Below, in pieces: positions 24,997-36,484 of a DNA stretch of 64,000 nucleotides; within the stretch, counting starts at the first letter, position 1, and each line of letters begins with the position of its first letter. The stretch comes from Macrostomum hystrix (Eukaryota; Animalia; Platyhelminthes): assembly GCA_950097015.1 (NCBI GenBank), contig CATNEN010000010.1, positions 1,922,001 through 1,986,000 of the forward strand, read 5' to 3'. The translations under genes and the position numbers were made by a program. The notes beneath the pieces were generated by a model. The model was not told the DNA's origin, made no database searches, and saw nothing but the letters and a program-made list of their open reading frames with translations.

Positions 24997-25432
24997 TAGA
25001 CCGCCTGACTTAGGGCAGCAAGAGAACTCAGTTTGGGGAAGGCTGTAAGACCCCGCAGGATCTGGCGGGGTTCAGGACATAGACAGTAAAGGCGTGCAAC
25101 AATCAGGCTTCATTGGTGGCTGGGAAAAAACCCCTCCAAAAGTGTACAATGCTCCAGTCAGCGTTTATTGACAATTATCCAACCGTCAGTGTGCAGATAT
25201 TGGTGTATTATTGCACGCTGTCTATGGTCCAAGCCATCCGTTGATTATCGATTATGCCGAGTGTCCAAACCATTCGTCGATGTGATAAAAGCACGGCTTT
25301 CTCGTGAGCTTCGCGCACTCGTGTCCCAGGCGTTGCTGCACTCAAAAGCCGTGCGCTGTCTCTTCATTGTAGTCAATCTGATTGCTCATTTGAGAAGAAG
25401 TTTTGATGTCCATTGCTCTGTCGAACCTAAAG

Positions 25433-28400
25433 TTAGCCCACATCAAGCTTTGTGAAAGTTCCTGTCAGACCATTCGAAGCTGAGTCCATTTCTTGCGCTT
25501 CTTTCGACTTCAGATAGTTCCTGGTGGCTGCCGGCCTGAGTGACTCGTCCACTCGGATTTGTTCCAGCAGTCGGCGCTCCTGCGCTGCTGACTCGCTGTT
25601 GCAGAAGCGGTTCTTGTCGGCTGGAATGGGAGAATTAGGGAAATTGGGCAATTGGGAAATTGGGCATTCATACGGATTCCTGCCAAAAAATATTCGGACC
25701 GCAAGCTCACCAATCAGCTCGGCCAACGGCCGGTTCTGACCGCCCAGCTCCGGGGGCAGCAGCCGCTCACATCCTGGTCCGATTGCTCCGCGCAGTTTGG
25801 ACAGGTCCGAGCCGCAGCGGATAATCTGCGATTTTAATGGCACAGTAGCTGAAGTTTTACTGTTTAGTGCTGAAGATGATACCCTATATCGTATCTATGA
25901 TATTATTTAGGGTTGTACATCTGGCTCGCTTTAGGCTTGCTTGGTGGCGTGAACATTGGTCACCCACCTCCGGCTTTTAGCGCAGGCCAGGTGCCAACGG
26001 TGTCGCCATTGTCTGATTAAGCGGCAACTAAGATGGCGACCAACAGGGGATGGCGGAGTGAGCAGGGCTCTGAACGACGACGGCAGTGCTTTAATGCCCG
26101 GCGCAGAGAGCTCCGCAACAACGCTCGCCAAACCCGCCAGGACTCGCGGCCTGCCCAGCCGGAGCCTCGAGGGCCGGCACATCCACCCCAGCCAGCTCCC
26201 CGCAATACACGTGCTACTGAAACAGAACCAGGAGTCAAGTCGACCACCATCACTACCGGCCCAAATTCGGCTTGCCACCTTCAATGCCCGTACCCTCAGT
26301 CATCCTTGGAGGCTGCAGGAGCTGACACAGTTGGCAGCTGACTGGGCATCGCTGTTCTGGCTTCCAAGGGCATCGCAGGAGCAATGACGAAAGTGCGGAC
26401 CTGGGCCTCGGGTGGCAATTCAAGGCCGCCCAGCCACGCCCTGGGGCGTCGGGGGTGTTGGCTTCCTGCTCTCGCCCGCCGCATCCAAAGTCCTGCTGGA
26501 CATCCGCTTCCCCTCTGAGCGCCTTGGTCAACCAGCGTTTGCCCTGAAGGACAGGCGCCTGCATGTTGTCTGCGTGTATGCCCGACAGCGCCCTGCACCA
26601 GCGAGAATCCTGCAGAGACCGAGGCCTCTACGACACCCTGGGTCAACTGCCGGGTCTAAGTCCATCCCGCGATCTCGTTTTTGTCGTCGGTGACTTCAAT
26701 GCGCCTCTGCCTGTTGATGGCCTGGATTAGAGCGAATAATTTTTGCGGCGCTACCTGTCCAGCTTCACCCAGGCCAGAGAACTGATTGCCAAGGCAGTGA
26801 CCCCAATGGGCGGATCACGCGGCTGGACTGGGTCTTCTGCCCCTTTGCTTTCCGGTCTAGAGTGCGCAGAGTGACCAACGTTCACCATATTTGCGTAAAG
26901 TCTGACAACAGTCTGGTGGCCTGTGACATCGATCAACGCATCGATTAACGGCCTAAGCTGAAGCCTTCCACGCGTCAACCGCTCTGGGCTGACCTGAGAA
27001 ATCCGGAGACTCGGGCGGCCTTCCTGGCCAGACTCCACGCTGCGACTCCGGCTTTGAACCAGTCTGCTGACTCGTTCGCCAATGCTGTTGAAAACGCAGC
27101 GGCCGTCCTGCCGAGGCGGAAGGCAAATCAACCCAACTCGGTTTGGGACAACGACCAGATAATTTCCCGGGCGAGACAACAAGTTCAGCGCGCCACCGCC
27201 ATTCATGGCATTGATAGCGACCAGGCTACTGCTCGGAACCAGCTGCAGAGCACCTATGCCCAGCGGACCGAGATCTTTATCGAAGAAGCAATGAGCGAAA
27301 TCCAACTAGCGACCGACAACTGCCGCCACACCGCCGCTTGGCGGTCCATCAACCAGCTGACGGGCAGCAAGCCCAGGCCCAACGCAGTTCTCGGCGCGGA
27401 CTCTATTCAGCACCCCAAAGCCCAAATGGTTTCGCACTACAGCGACGTGCTCAACGCTCCTGCTCCTGCCGCTCCACTCTCACCGATTCCCGTTTTCGCC
27501 GCTGCTAATCATGACTCCTTTAACACTGGCCCTATTTCTTTCAAAGAAGTTGGCCATGCGCGCTGATGCCGCCTCTGGGGTCGATTCTATTCCCCCCAAG
27601 GTCTTGAAGCTGCCCGAGTTAACCCCAGCCATCACCAGCCTGTTGAACAGATACTGAAATCTTTGAGGCGACGTGGCAGCTTGCGCTCCACCGGAATGGC
27701 GCACCTCCAAAGTTGTTTCGATCCCAAAGAAGGGAGCCTCTACCAGCCTAAACAACCAGCGTGGCATTGCGCTGGAGTGCACCATGACGAAGCTGCTGAA
27801 TGCAGTTCTCCGCAACCGCCTACTGCCCGGCCTCAACCCGATGCTGCTGAGTCTCCAGAGCGGCTTCCGACCGGGCAGGTCCACCACAGAGCAGGTTGCA
27901 ACCATCCATTCCGTTATCAAAGCTTGCAAGACCCGCCTTCGCTCCATTTCGATTGTCTTCGTGGATTTCCGCAAGGCGTTCGACTCGGCGTTCAGGCCTG
28001 CGATCGCGTGGTTGCTCTCTTACTATGGCGTTCCCCCTGCACTGGTGGCTGCGGTAATGGATTTGTACAGCGATTCAAGGGCTTTTGTCCAGATGAGCCA
28101 CGGCCTGACCGAGGAGTTCAGCACAACCGCTGGCGTCCTGCAGCGCGACACGCTGGCTCCCCTGCTCTTCATCATGGTCGTCGATTATCTGCTGCGCCGC
28201 TGCCCTCATGAGGACGACAGCTACATACTGATCCCACGCCGAAGCTCCCGACACTCTGCTGCTCCGCTGCCTGCTCTCGTCATGCCGACGACATCGCGCT
28301 CTATCGTGACCCAGCTGCTGCCCAACGCGCTCTTTCCCGACTCTGTGAGGAGGGCGCCCGGGTGGGGCTGATGGTCAACGCGCGCAAGACAGGGGTGCTG

Positions 28401-31230
28401 CACGTGGGCACTGATACCGCCCGAGCACTTGCGCTGCCCACCGGAGATGTCATCGCCGTGTGTGAAGACTTCACCGGATCGCCAGTTATGAGCCCGGACT
28501 CCATCGTCTCTGACAGGAGGAATCAGGCCTAGCGCGCGGCGCACCTGCTCAGGAACGTCTTCAACTCAGCTGTGAGGGACGGCCTGAAAGTGTGCCTCTT
28601 CCGCGCGGCCGTGGAGCCGATCCTTCTGTACGGCAAGGAAGCGGAGCCGATAACCGACATACGAGAGCGAGCCCTAGACGCGCTCTACAGGTCCCTGCTG
28701 CGCTACGCCCTGGGCGAGCACTACCCCAAGAAGTTGCCGTCAAGAGACCTGATGGCCCGCGCCGGCGTTCCTGACCTGAGTGTTACCCTCCGACGGCGCC
28801 GCCAAATGCAGCTGGGCCACTGCCTGTGGAGTCATGGCCGCGGCGACCTAGTCCCTTTGGCCCTGGCCCTCCTGCACCAGCCGACGGAGCTCAAGCACCG
28901 AGGCCAAGTGTGCTCCCTGCAGGGTCTCAGCCCGCAGGCCACAGCTGCCTGCCTTTCCCATCTGTTTCGCGAGCTCGCCAGCTCATTAGCTCCTGCGTGT
29001 CTCTATCTATCTAGGCTTGCTATGTACACCCTTCCTTCCTTCCCTGATTGAGTGTAAATTTGGTTCAAGGGGTCTGAATCTGTCTAGGCTTGCTATGTAC
29101 ACTATTCCTTGTGTATCCTTTTGCACATATCGAGTCTAAATTGGGGTTGGGGGTGTCTAGCTTAGTCTAGGCTCGCTATGTACACTCTTCATTCCTTCCC
29201 CGATCGAGTGTACATTGGGGTTGGGGGTCTGGCTCTGTCTGTGCACATTCCTTCTTCTCACCCTTCTGCGAACTTTCTGTTTAAGAAACGGAAGAAATAT
29301 CTTCATGAGCAGGTCGTCAATGTTGGACTCGTTCACGTGTATGATGGCCTTATTTCGCGCCGGCAGAGCATCCTGCCACATGCGAAGGATGCGGAACAGA
29401 ACCTTCGGATCCTTCCAATGCCGGAAATTTTTCTGCCCCGCTCCCTGGTAATCCACAATCATGCGAATGCCGTTAATTTGCAAGCGCTGGTCAGCCAATA
29501 AAATATCACCGTGCCGCACAACGCAGCGAATCAAGTCGTCGAAGGACAGCAGCTCGGAGTTGTAGGAACCTGAGCAACAAAAATAAAACATGAGTAGATC
29601 CGCTATGAAGCATCAGATCGAATTCTAAGAAAAAAACTCACTTAAAAGGAAATAGAGCACAGCCTCTCCGTCATCATTGAATCCGAGAAGCAAAGCGACA
29701 CTGAAATTCAAAAGTTAAGCAGACCGTTCGGCAGTCGTCATTTTATACGCCAGCCCAGCCGAAATCTACCAATCCCAGCCCTAATCTACCAATCCCAGCC
29801 TTAATCTACCAATCCCAGCCCTAATCTACCAATCCCAGCCCTAATCTACCAATCCCAGCCCTGATCTACCAATCCCAGCCCTAATCTACCAATCCCAGCC
29901 TTAATCTACCAATCCCAGCCCTAATCTACCAATCCCAGCCCTAATCTACCAATCCCAGCCCTAATCTACCAATCCCAGCCCAAATCTACCAATCCCAGCC
30001 CTAATCTACCAATCCCAGCCTTAATCTACCAATCCCAGCCCTAATCTACCAATCCCAGCCCTAATCTACCAATCCCAGCCTTAATCTACCAATCCCAGCC
30101 CTAATCTACCAATCCCAGCCCTAATCTACCAATCCCAGCCCTAATCTACCAATCCCAGCCCAAATCTACCAATCCCAGCCCTAATCTACCAATCCCAGCC
30201 TTAATCTACCAATCCCAGCCCTAATCTACCAATCCCAGCCCTAATCTACCAATCCCAGCCCTAATCTACCAATCCCAGCCCAAATCTACCAATCCCAGCC
30301 CAAATCTACCAATCCCAGCCCAAACCTACCAATCCCAGCCCTGATCTACCAATCCCAGCCCTAATCTACCAATCCCAGCCTTAATCTACCAATCCCAGCC
30401 TAAATCTACCAATCCCAGCCCTAATCTACCAATCCCAGCCTAAATCTACCAATCCCAGCCCTAATCTACCAATCCCAGCCTAAATCTACCAATCCCAGCC
30501 TTAATCTACCAATCCCAGCCTAAATCTACCAATCCCAGCCCAAATCTACCAATCCCAGCCTTAATCTACCAATCCCAGCCCAAATCTACCAATCCTAGCC
30601 CAAATCTACCAATCCCAGCCCAAATCTACCAATCCTAGCCCAAATCTACCAATCCCAGCCCAAATCTACCAATCCCAGCCCAAATCTACCAATCCCAGCC
30701 CTAATCTACCAATCCCAGCCAAAATCTACCTATCCCAGCCTTAATCTACAGATGTATCCAGGTACCCAGTGCTCAAACCCACGGCAGCTGCAGGTACAGC
30801 TCTAGAGCTGGAGAGTCCAGCGGCAGCGGCTCGAACCACTCGGGCGAACCCCGTGGCGAGCAGCGCACGGTGCAGAAATTGTCCAGCAGCTGCTGGGCGC
30901 GGCTCTGGTCGAACTTGGCGGCGCGGAGGAAGCGCAGGAGGAACGCATCGTCTGGACAGAATTGGAGCGAAATACCAGTTAAGTGCGTATTAAGTATTTA
31001 AAACCCGACTTGCGTGTCCAGCCTCCCAGCTACGTGAGATGGGACCCAACCCAAAACCCAACAGCCTCACCTGTCCTGCACGTGAGATGCGGCGCGCTTG
31101 TCAGCCAGCGTCTGAGCGAGGCGATGTGCGCCCGCACCTGCTCGGGATTCTCGCGCAGCTCCTTCTGCGCCTTCTTGACGTCCTTCGGATCCACGCCTTC
31201 GTAGTTGTACACATCGTGACTGACGGACAT
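25433..31230 (-). CDS. CRAL-TRIO lipid-binding protein, paralog C (divergent), 332 aa
   Basis: Exons 31230-31071, 30951-30783, 29700-29642, 29569-29262, 25825-25711, 25620-25433 (160+169+59+308+115+188 = 999 nt), all GT-AG and in frame. Intron 2 holds a 1-kb minisatellite and intron 4 an RTE LINE. Confidence 0.9.
25942..29011 (+). mobile_element. Near full-length, decayed RTE-clade non-LTR retrotransposon, antisense in intron 4 of paralog C
   Basis: APE endonuclease IRLATFNARTL...VVCVYA...VVGDFNAP and RT WRTSKVVSIPKKG...QSGFRPGRST...FVDFRKAFDS...GVLQRDTLAPLLF...HADDIAL, with frameshifts. (CTAT)-type tail; candidate 10-bp TSD TAGGCTTGCT (25932-25941 / 29012-29021). Confidence 0.9.
29757..30749. 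repeat. 20-bp minisatellite (CTAATCTACCAATCCCAGCC), about 49 copies, in intron 2 of paralog C
   Basis: Direct reading. Confidence 0.97.
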
Positions 31231-32173
31231 TGTGGAAAATGTGTGCTCAGATTTGTGAGACTAGTTTTTCTCAGATCAGAGCGCAAGCATAAAACCCCTC
31301 GAACCCAGTGGATGCAGAGCAGCCATCGACTATTATTTTAGAAGCTCATCGTCATTCTGTCGTCTATGGCCGAGATTTAAAATCACTCTGAGAAAACCCG
31401 ATGTGGCTGCAGAGCAGCCATCAAACTGGAAGCGAATCCTGATTGCTTAGGTCTGAGTCGAGGCTGTCCTAACATTCAGGCGAATTAAAAGAACAGTAGT
31501 TCAATAATCTGAAACAAAGTTTTTGCCAATCTGATATGGTTCTCAAATGCGTCTCGCTTTCGTCTGTAGTCTATGGTCCAAAACGGCTAGTCCTTCAGCC
31601 TTTACTGTTCCCCAAACCAGATGCACCCATCCCAACGACACGTCTTATACACCCCCATGTTCTACCAGACCATCTACCCTTCCCAGCCCTAACCAAAATC
31701 ATTCGATATTCCATTAACTGAGCATAGAAAAGTTCTATTTGGTCCCATCAGCAGAAGTGGCTGGTTGAAGTTTCCCTCAGCGGACGCCCAGTCACCTGGG
31801 GTAGCGGGTCCCCCATTATTAATTAACTTTCTCCTAATCGCCAATTCAATCGTCCCAGTCAGTTGGCCCTAGCAACAGTGGAGATCACGCGGCTGCTAAA
31901 GGACAGCCGGACGGTCAGGGGCTCGGCAAACACCGCGGTCGCCGGTTTTGAAGTGCCATTCAGTCGCGCCCGAATTAATCCGTGCTCCTTCAGTGGCGAG
32001 TGGCGAGCTCTGGGGCTGGGACAAGAGCAGTGCAAATACTGCGGGCGCCCCGGCTGTGTCAACCATTCTGGTCGAAGGAGCCTTCTTAAAAGCTGGACCG
32101 CGGACTCCGATGATCCGAAATTGCTCTCAAGCGGGAGAAAGTTTTTCTGAGCACAGGCGCCAAAGACTTCGGG

Positions 32174-34830
32174 ATGCCTTCACTGTCTCTGCTGCTGCTG
32201 CAGCTGCTTCTGCCGACTGTGGCAATCGCCGAGTCGCCTCAGCAGCTGCCGCAGTTATCTGGCGAGGAGCTGATCTCCCTGTACAAGCGCGAACCGTTCC
32301 GCTACTACACGGCCGGTGGGCTGTACGAGTTTCGGAAAAAGGTGCGCCACTTGATACCGAGAGTCTGGGAGGATTTGCCTGGGATTTCTCTTTAATAACA
32401 TCAAAACTAAATCATGCTCCTGCGAAATTGTCAAAAAAGCATCGAAAAACCCGCAGAAAACCGGCAATGAGGAACCACTCGACGACATCAGGATGACCGT
32501 CGATGATGATGCACTTAGCTTGGTCAGTGCAGCTCCGAAATTGCTAATATTTCTTCTTTTTTATTGTTACTGACGGTTTTTCTCTGATCGAAAATTGCAG
32601 GTGGAACCTAAAAACCGTGAGTCAAGTAAAAACTTGGCGAAATTCAATTTACGAACTGGATCACATTAGCTAGTCAGTTTACAACGTGGTATTTTTTATC
32701 GATGTGTGTGCACTACTGAGTTTTATCAGCAGTACTATGACAAGCATTTTATCTTAAGAACTCGAAAATACAAGTAAGAGAAAATAGCTCGTATGTATGT
32801 ATCTCCCTTATTCGTAATTAGATCAACCCACGAAACGCTCTGGAGGTCGCGGAGGCGTCTCCGCTGTGATGGAGCTGCTGGTGGTTGTTGACAATGGTCT
32901 GTACCAGTCTCACCTGAACCGTATCGCTAAGTCAAAGTCCAAGCAATCCGTGAAGACTTACTATGAATACTTTGTCGGCTATGTGAGTTAATTATGCGAG
33001 ACTTTAATAGTGCTATTTTGCGCATTTACAGCATGCCTGTACAAAGACTATATGGCTCCTCGTTACAGATAAACAAAGTCTTCGAAAATGCGCCAACGAA
33101 CATCAAGCTGACGGTTGTGCCCGCCGGAATCGCTGTGATGAAGGTAAGTTCTTTCTCTGTTACGCAGTGTTCAGACAGGCAGATCGGCAGACAATGGGAC
33201 CCATCTTCATTCACTCAGAGCAAGGACGCCAGCGACTGGTCGGAGCGCAACCGAGTGTCATTTAATGGTCGCGAATTCCTGCTGGCTGACCAGGCCCTGA
33301 ATCAGTTCCGCCAGTGGTTGGAGCGCCACCGCAGCCGACTGCCGCAGTTCGACCACGCCATGGCTTTGACGCACTACGCTACAGGCATCCAGGTCAATGG
33401 CGCTGTGTATAAGATAATGGGCCTCGCCCAGGTCGGCGAGATGTGCCGCGTCGGGATCACCGCCGGCGGCTTCGATGGCATCCAATCCATGTCGGTGGTG
33501 CATGACTCGGGCACACTGTCGGGGGCGCTGACAGCTGTTCACGAGATCGGGCACAGGTGAGCAGCTCAGCTTCCATCGTTTCCATTTAGTCTTGCTTATT
33601 TTAAAATAACTATAGCCTATAAAAATGACTGCAAATCACAATGCTTTAAAATCCTCTTCGTTCTTCCGAAAAGCTTGGGTCTTCCTCACGACGGTGAGGG
33701 CGGCTCAGCGGCTTGCCCAGATGACGGCCGCTTCGTGATGTCCGCTGCAACGGCCATGTCAGAGGAGGCAGCCAGATTCTCCAACTGCTCCCTGCGAGTT
33801 CTGCAGAGCCTCCTGGAGGCGCCCGGAGCCGCTTGCTTGTTTAGCTCGAAGGCCGACCCGGACAGGCGTCTGGTGGAGACGAACCTGCTGCCCGGGCAGA
33901 TCTATTCCAAGGACTACCAGTGCTCGCGCCAGATCCTGGATGGCATCGCCGATCCGCGCTTTTGCAAGGTGTGTGATCGAATTATTACAATGGCGAGCGC
34001 TGCTTCTCTGTTCGTGGTTTATTCTTAGTCTATAACCCGTTAGTACGTTCGATGATGCGCATTTTCGTTCAAAATTATACGCTAGTTCGTTCAGTCATAC
34101 GCTAGTTCGTTCAGTCATGTGCTAGTTCGTTCAGTCATGCGCTAGTTCGTTCAGTCATGTGCTAGCTCGTTCAGTCATGTGCTAGTTCGTTCAGTAATGC
34201 GCTAGTTCGTTCAATCATGTGCTAGTTCGTTCAGTCATGCGCTAGTTCGTTCAGTCATGTGTATGTTCGTTCCATTTTCGTTCCATTGTTCGTTCGCATG
34301 ATTTTTCATTCGTGCTGTCGTTCAACCGTACACTAGTTAAATCATACGATCATGCATATGCTGGTTCCTTTGTTCAAGAGTTTAATATCGAAAAAATACT
34401 ATCTAATTTCCAAGTACACATAAGCCTAAATTAGCCCTCGCCAACCCATTCGCGCCAGATCCCCTGGCTCACGCCGACCACACTGGAGATGTCCTGCTCC
34501 ATGCTCTTGTGCCAGGACGGGCGGGACTCCGGCAGCATGCGCTGCTCCGGTTCGGTGCCAGCCATCATGGGCACCCCCTGCGGAAACAAGAAGGTAATCT
34601 GTACGGCCAGTGCTGCCGGATTCTTTCAATGAGAACTTGAGTCAAATTCTGATTAACTCACCCTGCAGATCTGCCTGAACAACCGCTGCACATTCAGCGA
34701 GTCAGCTCCCTGCTGCCCAATGGAGGAGGAGGACCAGGAGGCCTGCAGTCGCCTCAAACAGATGCTGGGCTGCCAGAACAAGCTGCTGCAGCTCTACTGC
34801 TGCAAATTCTGCGGCCACAGGTGCGAGTGA
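32174..34830 (+). CDS. Secreted ADAMTS-like M12B (reprolysin) metalloprotease with ADAM Cys-rich and ShKT-like domains, copy 1, 449 aa
   Basis: Exons 32174-32341, 32601-32616, 32822-32982, 33069-33143, 33219-33556, 33674-33968, 34459-34593, 34669-34830 (1350 nt, phases consistent). Signal peptide MPSLSLLLLQLLLPTVAIA, MELLVVVD, Zn motif HEIGHSLGLPHD across a splice junction, Met-turn FVMSA, PAIMGTPCGNKKICLNNRC, terminal C..C..GC..YCCKFCGHRC. Confidence 0.9.
34080..34270. repeat. 20-bp tandem repeat (GCTAGTTCGTTCAGTCATGY) in metalloprotease intron 6, copy 1
   Basis: About 9 copies; the same array is at 48798-48990. Confidence 0.93.
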
Positions 34831-35589
34831 GACCCTGATTGCAGTACGTCAGGGAACTGAATGAAACTATCAGCTGAACGAAACTATCACGAGTAATAAA
34901 TACGTTCGCAAAGGCTGGACGACAGACTTTAAAATCATTTAAAAAATGCCCCACCCGAGTGTCTTTGTTTTATTGAAATCGAGTTCAGCAGATTCACTGT
35001 ACAACAGCCTGAGTTGGTTGTCCTTCTCACTTAGGTAAAGTGAGCAGGGAGACAACTTTGCCTGAACACTGGCTACATTTTTGTGTCGGGTGCTTCTATC
35101 TGGTTGCACGATGGCCTTCCTGCTTGTTTACTTTTGTTGGCCTTTATCTGCCAATAATTCATTTCCGCCTGCGGCCCATCTGGCGGAAATTAAAATAGAT
35201 TAGCTTTCCTTTGCTCCGCCTACTGTCTGGCAGCTCCGATGAGCACCTTATTTCCTTGAGGCCTTTGCGAACCACCTGGTGCAACTGAAGGCTGCCATGA
35301 TCTGGTATGATATGGCCCACCTGCTGACAATAGTTGAAGTATAGAGCAACACGGTTCACATGTGATTAGTAGCCATAAACTGATCAGTATTGTACAGAAC
35401 TGCGGTCTAAATCATATATTACTTACTGATGAATGGGCATCGCATTGAGGAGAGAAGGTTGGAGTTTGAGTTGCGTTACATTTTAGTTACTTCTAGGAGT
35501 AAGATTCTTTGTTTAGAACGAAATTAAAATTAGGCTTTTACTGCTAAACGACAAAAATTGCTTCTGCTGCCGGCCTGTTTAAAATACGT

Positions 35590-36114
35590 TGACAGTGGAC
35601 ACCTCTCAATCTGCTCTGTCACAGTTCAGAGCTCGGTGGACACCCCTCAATCTTCTCTGTCTCTGTTCTCTGTCTCTTCTCATCACCTGTGTGAGACGAG
35701 ATCTCCATGCAGGTGGGGCACAGGTAGCGGGTCTCCATGCAGTCGGAGAATGTGCAGAGCTCAGTGGACACCTTTCAGTCTTCTCTGTCACAGTTCAGAA
35801 CACGGTGGACACCTCTCAGTCTGTTCTGTCACAGTTCAGAACACGGTGGACACCCCTCAGTCTTCTCTGTCTCTGTTCTCTGTCTCTTCTCATCACCTGT
35901 GTGAGACGAGATCTCCATGCAGGTGGGGCACAGGTAGCGGGTCTCCATGCAGTCGGAGAATGTGCAGAGTTCAGTGGACACCTTTCAGTCTTCTCTGTCA
36001 CAGTTCAGAACACGGTGGACACCTCTCAGTCTGTTCTGTCACAGTTCAGAACACGGTGGACACCCCTCAGTCTTCTCTGTCTCTGTTCTCTGTCTCTTCT
36101 CATCACCTGTGTGA
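35590..36114. repeat. 210-bp tandem amplification containing a 64-bp arrestin exon fragment
   Basis: CATCACCTGTGTGA recurs at 35681, 35891 and 36101 (period 210); the unit is single-copy in duplication copy 2. Confidence 0.9.
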
Positions 36115-36484
36115 ATAATAATAATAATAATAATTGCAGGAGGGCTGCGGGCAATGACACATAGTTTGGTGACACTAGACCCGCAGCCAGCGAGGAGGCA
36201 ATTCTGCCCATTTCGCTGACTCCTGAGCACACACGCACACAGATACCGTACGCAGGCACACGCTCACACAGGTGTGTACATCTGCCCTGACTTTCTCATC
36301 GTCAGGCAGTGTACACTCGAACTGTGCCTTGGAGGTTGGTCCTCAAGGGCGTAAATTGCACGACAAGCCCCCAAGCCTTCTCTCTGCGGCTGCGTCCCAA
36401 ATAAATGTGGCCTCGCCGTGGAATCGAACTTAGGGACTGTGGTGCGAGTGGCAAACGCGTTAACCGCTCTGCCACCGACCCCCT
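36115..36484 (-). mobile_element. tRNA-derived SINE (family 2) with (ATT)n tail
   Basis: The reverse-complement head GGGGTCGGTGGCAGAGCGGTTAACGCG...GTTCGATTCCAC has A and B boxes; (AAT)6 at 36115 on +; 13-bp TSD ATCACCTGTGTGA (36102-36114 / 36485-36497). Confidence 0.85.

Noticed and set aside
31948-32496. 182-aa ORF (and the 146-aa ORF at 46779) overlapping the protease start
   Set aside because: Non-ATG start, alternate frame to the signal-peptide exon, disrupted upstream in copy 2, no recognisable domain.
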